Assembly (NCBI RefSeq): GCF_018350175.1
Contig: NC_058368.1
Coordinates: forward strand, 215,762,001-215,826,000
DNA: 64,000 nucleotides
DNA from: Felis catus
Lineage: Eukaryota
Direction: 5' to 3'
A model generated the notes under the pieces. It was not told the origin of the DNA. It ran no database searches and saw only the letters and a program-made list of their open reading frames with translations. Positions 39,591 through 51,376 of the stretch are shown in pieces. How positions within the stretch are numbered: the first letter of the stretch is position 1; every line of letters begins with the position of its first letter. The position numbers were made by a program, and so were the translations under genes.

Positions 39591-39606
39591 CAGCGCCATC
39601 TAGTGG
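39591..39606 (-). promoter_or_regulatory. CTCF core motif in the L1 5'UTR
   Basis: Minus strand reads CCACTAGATGGCGCTG, matching the core CCASYAGRKGGCRS; binding not shown. Confidence 0.6.
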
Positions 39607-39789
39607 AGAATGGAGCCATTACACTAAGGCCCGTCCAACTAGGCCAGCCTCGCTCTTCAAGAACATAAGTCTTACTGCCTGCTTAGTTTGTGGACTATAA
39701 AGAGCTTCATTGTCTGACTTCTAGGGGAAAAAGTAAGTAATTTCATTCGTATTTCAGTCTGTTAGTAGGTCCATTTATTCAATTTTCTT

Positions 39790-40250
39790 TCTTTTTTTCT
39801 TTTTTCTTGCTTTTTTCTCTTTTTCATTTCTTTTTCTTGAATACAGAAAGAAAAAAAAATTCATGTTTAATTTCAATTTTTGCCAAAAATATTTTCTTTG
39901 ATTTTTTACCTTATTTTTTTACTTTTGTGTAATTTTTTTCAAATTCTATTTTACTTCCCCTCATTTGATTTTAGTATACTACAGTGTATTCATTTTTTCA
40001 AATTTTCAAATGATTTCTTTTTTTCTTTTTTGTTTCTTTTCTTTTTGAATACAGAAAGAGAAAAAAATTCATTTTTATTTTGAATTTTTATTAAAAATAT
40101 TTTTAATATTTTTTCTACTATATTTTTTACTTTTGTGTAAATTTTTTCAAATTATAGTTCACCTCCATCATTTCATTTTAGTCTACTTCAGTGTATTTAT
40201 GTTTTCAAATTTTCAAACAATTTCCTTTTTTTTCTTCTTTCCCCTTTTTT
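39790..40250 (+). repeat. Two diverged ~208-bp T-rich tandem units in the L1 5'UTR
   Basis: ttgaatacagaaag at 39837 and 40045, each followed by acttttgtgtaa and caaattttcaaa blocks. Confidence 0.85.
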
Positions 40251-40424
40251 CTCTAATATATCAAGTCATTTTCCACACCCAGACCAAAATACACCTAGGA
40301 GCTAGCATAATTTATTCAATTTTTTGTATGTGTGTTTAATTTTTTAATTTTAATTTTTTTTCAATTTTAATTTTTTTTTAATTTTAATTTTTTCTACCTC
40401 ATTAATTCCTTTTCTCCCTTCAAA

Positions 40425-41537
40425 AGATGAAACAAAGGATTTCACCCAAAAGAAAGAGCAGGAAGAAACAACAGGCAGGGACTTAACCAACACAGATACA
40501 AACAAGATGTCAGAACCAAAATTGGAATCACGATAATAAGAATATTAGCTGGAGGGGCGCCTGGGTGGTTCAGTCAGTTAAGCGTCCAACTTCGGCTCAG
40601 GTCATGATCCATAGTTTGTGGGTTCAAGCCCCGTGTTGGCCTCTGTGCCGACAGCTGAGAGCCTGGAGCCTGCTTCAGATTCTGTGTGTCCTTCTCTCTC
40701 TGCCTCTCCCTGGCTCACACCCTGTCTCTTTCCCTTTCCCAAAAATAAATAGCCATTAAAAGAAAATTAAAAAAAAAGAATACTAGATGGAGTTGAAAGT
40801 AGATTAGAATCCTTTTCTACAGAGATAAAAGAATAAAAAAAACTAGTCAGAATGAAATAAAAAATGCGATAACTGAGCTGCAATCACGAATAGAGGCCGC
40901 GGCAGTAAGGATGGATGAGGCAGAACAGAGAATCAGCGATATAAAGGACAAACATACGGAGAATAATGAAGTAGAAAAAAAGAGGGAAATTAAGGCAAAA
41001 GAGCATGACTTAAGAATTAGAGATATCAGTGACTCATTAAAAAGGAACATCAGAATCATAGGGGTCCCAGAAGAGGAAGAGAGAGAGATAGGGGTAGAAG
41101 GGTTATGTGAGCAAATCGTAGTGGAAAACTTTCCTAACCTGGAGAAGACACAGACATCAAAATTCAGGAAGCACAGAGGACTCCAATTAGATTCAACAAA
41201 AACCAACCATCAACAAGGCATATCATAGTCAAATTCACAAAATACTCAGACAAGGAGAGAATCATGAAAGTAGCAAGGGGAAAAAAGTCCCTAACCTACA
41301 AGGGAAGACAGATCAAATTTGCAGCAGACCTATCCACAGAAACTTGGCAGGCCAGAAAGGAGTGTCAGGATATATTCAATGTGCTGAATCAGAAAACTAT
41401 AGAGCCAAGAATTCTCTGCCCAGCAAGGCTGTTATTCAAAATGGAAGATATAAAAAGTTCCCCAGACAAATAAAAATTAAAGGAGTTTGTGACCACTAAA
41501 CCAGCCCTGCAAGAAATTTTAGGGGGGGACTCTCTGA
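40425..41537 (+). pseudogene. L1 ORF1p, disrupted by a SINE and frameshifts
   Basis: MDEAEQRISDIKDK...RNIRIIGVPEEEERE...ENFPNL; LTYKGRQIKFAADLSTETWQARK; FVTTKPALQEIL-like end. Confidence 0.93.
40554..40775 (+). mobile_element. Can-SINE nested in L1 ORF1
   Basis: ggggcgcctgggtgg head; 16-bp TSD with 2 mismatches, aagaatattagctgga / aagaatactagatgga. Confidence 0.96.
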
Positions 41538-41557
41538 GGGGAGAAAAGATGAAAATA

Positions 41558-41588
<31 letters not shown>

Positions 41589-41659
41589 ATACCAAAAGGA
41601 ACAAAGATTAGAAAGGACTAGAGAACACCACCAGAAACTCCAACTCTATAAGCAACATA

Positions 41660-44600
41660 ATGGCAATAAATTCATATCTTTCACTACTCACTCTAAACAT
41701 CAATGGACTCAATGTGCCAATCAAAAGACATAGGGAAAAGGAATGGATTAGAAAACAACATCCATCTATATGCTGTTTACAAGAGACCCACTTTAGACCT
41801 AAAGACACCTTCAGATTGAAAGTAAGGGGATAGAGAACCATCTATCATGCTAATGGTCAACAAAAGAAAGCTGGAGTACCCATACTTATATCAGACAATC
41901 TACTTTAAAATTAAGAATGTATCAAGAGATGCAGAAGGGCATTATATCATAACCAAGGGGGTTATCCACCCAAGAAGACCTAACAATTGTAAATATTTCA
42001 GCACCAAATATGATAGCACCCAAATATATAAATCAGTTAATCACAAACATAAAGAAACTCATTGATAGTGATACCATAATAGTAGGAGACTTGAACACCC
42101 CACTCACAACAATGCACAGATCATCTAATCAAAAAAAAATAAACAAGGAAATAATGGCTTTGAATGACACACTGGACCAGATGGACTTAACAGATATATT
42201 CAGAACATTTCATCCTAAAGCAGCAGAATTTACATTCTTCTCCAGTGCACATGGAACGTTCTCCAGAATAGACCACATACTGGGATGCAAATCAGCCCTC
42301 AGCAAGTACAAAAAGATCGAGGTCATATACCATACATATTGTCAGACAACAATGCTATGAGATTTGAAATCAACCACAAAAAAAAATTTGGAAAGATAAC
42401 AAATACTTGGAGACTGAAAAACATCCAAGTAAAGAATGAATGAGCTAACCAAGAAGTTAAAGAGGAAATTAAAACGTATATAGAAGCCAATGAAAATGAT
42501 AACACCACAACCCCAAACCTTTGAGACACAGCAAAGGTGGTCATAAGAAGAAATATATAGCAATTCAGGCCTTCCTAAAGAAGGAAGAAAGAAGGAAGAA
42601 AGGTCAGATACACAACCTAACTTATGCCTTAAAGAGCTGGGAAAAGAACAGCAAATAAAACCCCAAACCAGCAGAAAACAGGAAATAATAAAGTTTACCA
42701 CAGAAATTAATGCTATTGAAGGCAAAAAAAACAAAACAAAACAAAACAGTAGACTAGATCAATGAAACCAGAAGCTGGTTCTTTGAAAGAATTAACAAAA
42801 TTAATAAACCACTAGCCAGTTGGATCAAAAAGAAAAAGGAAAGGAACCAAATAAATAAAATCAAGAATGAAAGAGGAGAAAGCACAACCAACACAGCAGA
42901 AATAAAAACAATAATAAGAGAATATTATAAGAAATTATATGCCAATAAAATGGGCAAACTGGAAGAAATGGACAAATTCCTAGAAACATATACACTACCA
43001 AAACCAAAACAGAAATAAATAGAAAATTTGAACAGACCCATAACCCATAAGGAAATCCAATTAGTAATCAAAAATCTCAAAAAAACAAGAGTCCAGGGCC
43101 AGATGGCTTTCCAGGGGAATTCTACCAAACATTTAAGGAAGAGTTAACACCTATTCTCTTGAAACTATTCCAAAAATTAGAAATGGAAGGAAAACTTCCA
43201 AACTTTTTGTATGTAGCCATCATTACCTTGATTCCAAAACCAGACAGAGATCCTACTAAAAAGGAGAACTATAGACCAATTTCCCTGATGAACATGGATG
43301 CAAATATCCTCAACAAGATATTAGCCAACGAGCTCCAGCAATACATTAAAAAAATTATTCACCACGACCAAGTGGGATTTATACCTGGGATGCAGGGCTG
43401 GTTCAATATCCACAAAATGATTAATGTGATTCATCACATCAATAAAAGAAAGGACAAGAACCATATGATCCTCTCAGTAGGTGCAGAGAAAGCATTTGAC
43501 AAAATACAACATCCTTTCTTGATAAAAACCCTCAAGAAAGTAGGGCTAGAAGGATCATACTTCGAGATCATAAAAGCCATTTATGAACGACCCAACGTTA
43601 ATATCATCCTCAATGAGGAAAAACTTAGAGCTTTCTCTCTAAGGTCAGGAACAAGATAGGGATGTCCACTCTCGCCACTGTTATTCAACATAGTAATGGA
43701 AGTCTTAACCTCTGCAATCAGACAACACGAAGAATAAAAGGCATCCAAATCAGCCAGGAGGAGGTCAAACTTTCACTCTTCGCAGATGACATGATATTCT
43801 ATATGGAAAACTCAAAAGATTCCACCAAAAAGTGCTAGAATTGATTCATGAATTCAGCAAAGTTGCAGGATATAAAATCAATGCACAGAAGTCAGTTGCA
43901 TTCCTATACACCAACAATGAAGTGACAGAAAGAGAATTCAAGGAATCGATCCCATTTACAGTTGCACCCAAAACCCTAAAATACCTAGGAGTAAATCTAA
44001 CCAAAGAGATGAAAAATCTATACACTGAAAACTATAGAAAGCTTATGAAAGAAATTGAAGAAGATAGAAAAAAATAGAAAAAGATTCCATGCTCCTGGAT
44101 AGGAAGAAAAAATATTGTTAAAATGTCAATACTACCCAAGGCAATCTACATATTCAATGCAATCCCTATCAAAATAACACTAGCATTCTTCACAGAGCTA
44201 GAACAAACAACCCTAAAATTTGTATGGAACCAGAAAAGACCCCGAATGGCCAAACCAACCTTGAAAAAGAAAACCCAAGCAGGAGGCATCACAATCCTGG
44301 ACTTAAAGCTATACTCCAAAGCTGTAATCATCAAGACAGTATGGTACTGGCAGAAGAACAGACACTCAGATCAATGGAACAGAATAGAGAGCCCAGAAAT
44401 GGACCCACAAATGTATGGCCAACTAATCTTTGACAAAGCAGGAAAGAATATCCAATGGAATAAAGACAGTCTCTTCAGCAAGTCGTGCTGGGAAAACTGG
44501 ACAGCAACATGCAGAAGAATGAACCTGAACCACTTTCTTACACCATACACAAAAATAAACTCAAAATGGATGAAAGACCTCAATGTAAGACAGGAAGCCG

Positions 44601-45497
44601 TCAAAAATCGAGGAGAAAGCAAGCAAAAACTTCTTTGATCTTGGCTGCAGCAACTTCTTACCTAACACGTGGCTGGAGGCAAGGGAAACAAAAGCAAAAA
44701 TGAACTATTGGGACCTCATCGAAATAAAAAGCTTCTGCACAGCAAAGGAAACAATCAGCAAAACTAAAACGCAACCGACAGAATGGGAGAAGATATTTGG
44801 AAACGACAAATCAGATAAAACGTTAATATCCAAAATCAATAAAGAACTTATCAAAGTCAACACCTAAAAAACAAATAATCCAGTGAAGAAATGGGCAAAA
44901 GACATTAATAGACACTTCTTCAAAGAAGACATCCAGATGGCCAACCGACACATGAAAAAATGCTCGACATCACTCATCATCAGGGAACTATAAATCAAAA
45001 CCATAATGAGATATCACTTTACACCTGTCGGAATGGCTAACATTAACAACTTAGGCAACAACTGATGTTGGCAAGAATTCAGAGAAAGAGGATCTCTTTT
45101 GCTTTGTTGGTGGTAATGCAAGCTGGTGCAGCCACTCTAGAAAACAGTATGGAAGTTCCTCAAAAAACTAAAAATAGAACTACCCTACGACCCAGCAATT
45201 GCACTACTAGTTATTTATCCAAGGGATACAGGTGTGCTATTTCGAAGGGACACATGCACCCAGGTGTTAATAGCAGCACTATCAACAATAGCCCAAGTAT
45301 GGAAAGAGCCCAAATGTCCATCGATGGATGAATGGATAAAGAAGATGTGGTACATATATACAATGGAGTATTACTCGACAATCAAAAAGAATGAAATCTT
45401 GCCATTTGCAACTACATGGAGGGAACTGGAGGGTATTATGTTAAGTGAAATTAGTCAGTCAAAGAAAGACAAAAATCATATGACTTCACCCATATAA
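41660..45497 (+). pseudogene. L1 ORF2p (APE endonuclease + reverse transcriptase), many stops and frameshifts
   Basis: ATG at 41660; TLNINGLN, CCLQETH, IIVGDLNTPL, SRIDHILG (EN); [28 protein letters not shown] at 43779-43790, KYLGVNLT (RT); C-terminal TMEYY. Confidence 0.96.
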
Positions 45498-45602
45498 GGA
45501 CTTTAAGAGACAAAACAGATGAACATAAGGGAAGGGAAACAAAAATAATATAAAAACAGGGAGGGAGACAAAGCATAAGAAACTCATAAATATGGAGAAC
45601 AT

Positions 45603-45847
45603 GGGGCGCCTGGGTGGCGCAGTCGGTTAAGCGTCCGACTTCAGCCAGGTCACGATCTCGCGGTCCGTGAGTTCGAGCCCCGCGTCAGGCTCTGGGCGGA
45701 TGGCTCAGAGCCTGGAGCCTGTTTCTGATTCTGTGTCTCCCTCTCTCTCTGCCCCTCCCCCGTTCATGCTCTGTCTCTCTCTGTCCCAAAAATAAATAAA
45801 CGTTGAAAAAAAAAAAATTTAAAAAAAGTTAGATTTAAAAAAAAAAA
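45603..45847 (+). mobile_element. Young SINEC_Fc nested in the L1 3'UTR
   Basis: CpG-rich, near-consensus body; perfect TSD aaatatggagaaca (45588-45601 / 45848-45861). Confidence 0.97.
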
Positions 45848-45997
45848 AAATATGGAGAACAAACTGAGGGTTACTGGAGGGGTTGTGGGAGGGGGGATGG
45901 GCTAAATGGGTAAGGGGCACTAAGGAATCTACTCCTGAAATCGTTGTTGACCTATATGCTAATTAATTTGGATGTAAATTTAAAAAAAAATTATACA

Positions 45998-46032
<35 letters not shown>

Positions 46033-46104
46033 ATACAGGAAGAAACCTCTCTGAAGAAATAACATCTTCTCCTTTAATTTCTTGGAATTAAAGAGTGATA
46101 GGTC

Positions 46105-47010
46105 TTCTATTCCTCTCACTAACCCACCTCCCAGGTCTGGGCAACCACTAATCTACTTTCTATTTCTAGAGATTTGCTTCTTCTGTGCATATCAGGTCAA
46201 CGGAATATTGCTGTACATAGTCTTGTATTACTGGCTTCTTTTGCTTTGTATATTGTTTTTAAGACCATGAATGATATAGCATGTATTGGAATTTCAATCA
46301 TTTTTTATTGCTAAATAATATTCTGCATGAATATACAACATTTAATTTACCTGTTCATCAATTGATAGACATTTGGGCTTTTTCCAATTTTTGACTATTT
46401 TGAATAGTGCTGTTATGAACATTTGTGTGCAAGTATTTAAATCTGTTCACGTAGAATCCCTGTTTCATATGGTAAATCTATATATTTAAAATTTGGAGGA
46501 ACTGTCTAAATGTTTTTCAAGGTTAGTTCACCATTTTGCCTTGCACCATAAGTGTAGGAGAGCTCCAATTTCTCCACATTCTTGCCAATAATTCTTATTT
46601 TTCTGTTTTTTTTTTCTGTGTTTTTGATTATGGCCATCCTAATGGGTGTGAAGGGGTATGTCTTTATGATTTTTGATGGAAATTTTCCTAATAACTAGCA
46701 AAGTGGAGCATCTATTTGTTATTTGTATCTTCTTTGAAAAATATATTTTCACTTCCTTTATGGTGTCCTTTGCAGCCCGTAAGTTTTTATTCTATTAATT
46801 CTAATTAATCTTGTTATTTTATTTTTTGGTGTAATGTCTAAGAACTCTGTAATTCAATACCATGAAGATCTATGCCTAGCTTTTTTTCCTAAGAGTTTTA
46901 TAATTTTAGCTCTTACATTGATGTCTTAAGACATATTTTGAGTTAATTTTTGTTATGTCAGGTGGGAATCCAACTTCATTCTTTTGCATGTAATTATTCA
47001 ATACTAATTC
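46105..47010 (-). mobile_element. L1MB-type 3' portion
   Basis: ctgggcaaccactaatctactttctatttct...attgatagacatttgggc...tccaatttctccacattcttgccaa...ggccatcctaatgggtgtgaag...ccaacttcattcttttgcatgt. Confidence 0.85.
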
Positions 47011-47498
47011 TTCTTGATATTCTTTTTTTAATTTATTTTGGTAATCAATTCATGGTATTGAAATTTTAATTTAATTACATCTTAGTTGATTTGCAGAATT
47101 TGATTTTTGCTAATAGCTTAGAGCATACAGACTGAGTCTACCCATTCTTCTAAAAATGACTGGTTACATTCTCCACTAGGGACTCAGCAAGTGATGGTCA
47201 TAAACTTTAACATTTTTTATTTAGCAAATAAATGTAATACAAAAATTCCAATGATCCAGACTTGTATTGAAAACTAACATATTTTAATACCCATGAGGCT
47301 TTTACCAAGAACGTGAGCAGAGCAAAATTAGCAGCAGTAATGAAGTAATCTAAAAATCAATTTGACAAGACCATTTGTTATTTTATGTCTTAACTACTTT
47401 TTGTTGACCAAACATTTATGTTGTTTACTTATTGAGTTGTTTTTCATGATTTAGAGCTAAATGTTAAGTCTAGCTATATGCTATTAATATGCTATATA

Positions 47499-47501
<3 letters not shown>

Positions 47502-47547
<46 letters not shown>
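47502..47547. repeat. Pure (AT)n microsatellite
   Basis: Uninterrupted AT run. Confidence 0.97.
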
Positions 47548-47550
<3 letters not shown>

Positions 47551-49059
47551 TTTCCACCATACTGGAAATGAAGGACTTTGAAAATGAAATACAATACAGG
47601 ATGAAGAAATGCAATAACGAGTAAAGATATCTTTATTTTCACATACTTCTTTTCAAAGGTATTTCAAGTTAAGCTACATTTATCAAGATATGCTATGCAA
47701 AATTCAGAAATAGTATAAGTCTTTCTAACAGTAGACTAAATAACAGTGGCTTTTTTGAGTAAAGAAAATGAGTAGCTTCCTACAAGTGGGTATTTGAAAG
47801 ATACATCCTGGAATGGTACCCCTTTTTTCTCATACCCTGAAGTGACATATTTGTGTTCTAAACATGTCAAATGTTAATAATGCCTACTATCTGTCCTGTA
47901 ACAAATTTTTGTTTTACTAAATCAATGAGTAACTTAAGATCATTTTTTTTTTAGTCTATCAGTAGAGGAGAATCAATTGGTGGCTAATTAAATATTCATG
48001 CTTCAGATATAGTGAATTAGAATCTCTAGGGAAAAAGTTTAAATTAAACATCTAGATTCTTCTAATCTCTCCCAACTAAGTCAGAAATGTAATACTGAAA
48101 TTATAAAACATAATTATATATATATGCACATATATATATGAATTATAATTCAACCTATGAAAATTATGTATTTGTTAAACAACCGGGAACTTCTTTTTAA
48201 CTAGTAATCAGAATAAAAATGAAATCAAAACACTACTTTGACAAAACTGTAGAAAGTTTAGTAAAGCCTGTCAGCTAGCATTATAAGGTTCTGGAACATT
48301 ATTTTTGCTAATTCCGCTCAGTGCTTGAAAATTGTAATTATGGACAGTTTGAATGAGTGATCCTCTTCCTCTTTCAAGATAAATCATGACAGAGATACTA
48401 CATGTTTGCAAACTGTTCATGGACAACCTTTAAATGTGCCAGTGGAACCAGGATAAATAATATAAATATTCCCAGTCTCTAAATTATCAGATAAGCTCCT
48501 TCTGAGTGAAAACAACTAAGAAAAATGGGCAAACCTAGAACCCAAATATATTAATTTCTTCAAATTAAAATGATATTAACATGTTATAATTAACCTATTG
48601 CAGCTTAAATTGTTATAACTATTGTTTTACAGTTAATTATTATGTGTTGTTTTGTTTTTTTTTTTGTTTTACCTTGGTGATCTTAAAGGCATTATTCAGA
48701 CTCATGTATTAATATATTCAATTTTATGTTTCACTCTGTAGAAAATATATGCAAAGCATTTTAATTAAAGCCAAAACTAATCTAAGTGAATTTTTAAAAA
48801 TACATTGGCTCGAATGCAATAAAAGGATAATAAATGCACCTCCTTATGATTTTATCTGTATTACAAATGTTGTGTTGAAATTACACAGAAAGGTTAATTT
48901 CTGCATTTGTTTTAAATGATCATTTATATTCCCATTACCTCAAGTGTGATCTTTAAAATTATGTGTCTTATTCATAAATGTCATTTATGATATCTGTGTT
49001 CTATATCTCATAATCATTATATTAATATTTATGCATTCAAATTTTAATAAAGGATTATT

Positions 49060-49410
49060 TACACAGAACAGATGTAATGGAGTCGTGAGAGATATTTGTA
49101 ACAATTCACAAGTAGCCATACAATAGAAGCAAAGGAATGTGATTCCTTGACGGGAGTCTGCCAAGTGGTTCTTGACTGAGGTTTTTCACATGATTGCAGT
49201 CAGGCAGAAGTTAGACTTGACTCATTCTAAAATTCCACTAAACTGGTCCAACACACTTAAGTCGCAAGGCTGGAAGGGACAACTGTTGCCTGAAACCTCA
49301 GTGAAGATGTTTACGAGAGCACCCATGTCTGACTTTTGCCTTTAGTTTGGGCTCATCAAAGGATGGTAGCTACATCCTGTGAGGTAATAGCACACGTGCG
49401 TGCGCACACA

Positions 49411-49461
<51 letters not shown>

Positions 49462-49660
49462 GCAACCTAAGACAAAACGTTTAGATGCTGCAAGTCTTCT
49501 TATGATGAAGTCTCAGGTATCACACAGAATCATCCGTATCCCATTTTATTGATCAAAAGCGAGTCTCAAGATCAGACTAGAGTCAATTAGAATTGATTAC
49601 ATGCAGGAGTAAATGCCAGGATGCTTGACTCATTCCTGGGTCTTGCTTGGAAACTAACTG
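49060..49660 (-). mobile_element. MaLR LTR (MLT1F/G/H-like) containing (CA)n
   Basis: gtggttcttgactgagg...atgattgcagtcag...gctgcaagtcttcttatga...ccattttattgatcaaaagcgagtc. Confidence 0.6.
49391..49460. repeat. (CA)n with leading alternating purine-pyrimidine sequence
   Basis: cacacgtgcgtgcgcacaca(ca)n. Confidence 0.95.
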
Positions 49661-49777
49661 GCTCAGGAGAAGAGAGTAGGTCCAGAAATAGGTTCCCAGA
49701 GCCTGCAGCTTTCTAAATGTGGAGGCCATGACCTTGTTTTGATTAATATGCTTATGGCCTTAAGACATAGATATGGA

Positions 49778-49995
49778 AGGGCGCCTGGGTGGCTCAGTTG
49801 GTTAAGCCTACGACTTCGGTTCAGGTCATGATCTCGCGGTCTGTGAGTTCGAGCCCCGCGCAGGGCTCTGTGCTGACAGCTCCGAGCCTGGAACCTGCTT
49901 CGGATTTTGCGTCTCCCTCTCTCTCTGCCCCTCCCCTGTTCATGCTCTGTCTCTCTCTGTCTCAAAAATAAGTAAACGTTAAAAAAAATTTTAAA
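49778..49995 (+). mobile_element. SINEC_Fc
   Basis: Canonical body; perfect 16-bp TSD aagacatagatatgga (49762-49777 / 49996-50011). Confidence 0.97.
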
Positions 49996-50856
49996 AAGAC
50001 ATAGATATGGATTGCTTAACTGAGACTATAAACTGAGAGGAGTCTTTTAGATATAGTTTTCTAGACTCACAATAGTTTTGTTGTTGTTAGTTTTGTTTTG
50101 CTGTGCTTTTAACAGATAAAACCACAACAAAGATGGCTTATTAGCCTAATCATCTTTAATTACCTGGTGCCAGGTCTCTTTTAGGGCCTGAGGGCAGGGG
50201 CTGGGGCGGCTGGTTTTCATAAACAAAACCAAACTGAGCTTCATTGTGTGCAACTGAAAGGTTGCAAAAGATATATGTAATTCAATGTAATTCTAAAAAT
50301 ATGACGTAAAGTTTCTTGCCCATGAGTGTTGCAGAGAAAATTCATTCATAGTATGTATTATAGACTATAACATAAAATAAAGCAAATAAATCTTCCAAAT
50401 CTATTATATCTGTAAAAAGAAAGCTATATAACTTATTAGCAATAACAATTTAGGAAAAACATTACAAAATAAATTAATTAAATATCAACTAGTAGAAAAG
50501 AGGGTTTCAAAGATGTAAAGTCAGGCCAGTGTTCTAATTGCAGTGAAAAATTTAGATATATTCTCTTTGCCCTCATAATATTTAGGGAAATATGAGTTCT
50601 TGTTACTCTGAAGCATACACAATACAAAATTACTTAACATGTTAAATTGATTTAATGTTTGCATGAAAAAAATGTAAATCTTAAAAAGCTGGAGTAAAGA
50701 GCTAAGATATGAACATATTAACATGATACCATTTATGTCATTGCAAAATTCACCAATAAATATTTTTTAAATATGCACAATAAGATAAAAAGAGCATTAG
50801 CTTAGAATTGAGGTGGTGGTGGTAAAACTTAAAAAAAAAAACCTACATAAAATAGC

Positions 50857-51376
50857 TGTTTCAATGAGCAGATAATTGAAGTACTTGCATGAGAGCACTC
50901 CAACCGCCTTAAGGGTTAACTTGCTTCAAGCTTCAGCATCCCTGACTTGCTGACCTAAGTCCCTTTGTCCCTGGCAGAACTAAGCTACTTTTCCTTGAGA
51001 TCTGCAGACAACCCGTCTTGAGTGAGGACCAAACGTTCCCAGAAGATAAGGTCTGACTCCGTTGGCAAACAGCTACTGCGGATGCCAGCAAGTCCGTTCA
51101 GAGTCATGGCCACCAAGGATTCAACAGCCCGGGCAGCTGCTCCCCCTGCGCGTAGACCCCCGCCCTTTTCCCACGCCTTCCCCTTTCGTTAAAACCCTCG
51201 GGCTCCACAGAGACAAGAAGGCTTTTAAGACGTTAGTCCACCGTCCACCGTCTGCCCAGGTTGCCCCTTCCTGAATAAAGCAACCTTTCCTTTCCCACCA
51301 TCACTTGCTCTTGAGTATTGATTTTCAAGTGGTGAACAGCTCAACCCGTTTGGAACTGATTCTCTGTGCAGTAACA
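50857..51376 (+). mobile_element. ERV1-like solo LTR (probably carnivore-specific)
   Basis: GC/CpG-richer island; TATA-like ttaaaa at ~51189; AATAAA at 51274-51279 followed by gcaacctttcctttc; ends gtaaca; 5' boundary uncertain. Confidence 0.7.

Larger units (their letters stand above)
38502..46034 (+). mobile_element. Full-length, inactivated felid L1
   Basis: 5' gagggagccaagatggcgg; ~1.9-kb 5'UTR; ORF1; ORF2 with EN and RT; G-rich 3'UTR; (TAAA)n tail; TSD not cleanly resolvable. Confidence 0.97.

Noticed and set aside
39790..40400. CRISPR-like or prokaryotic repeat array
   Set aside because: No constant repeat with unique spacers; the context is a mammalian L1 5'UTR.
42578..42600. 11-bp duplication aagaaggaaga in ORF2
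   Set aside because: Ordinary slippage lesion in a dead L1.
45603..45680. tRNA genes suggested by A/B boxes (tggcgcagtcgg, gttcgagcc)
   Set aside because: These are heads of tRNA-derived Can-SINEs, followed by (CT)n, A tails and TSDs.
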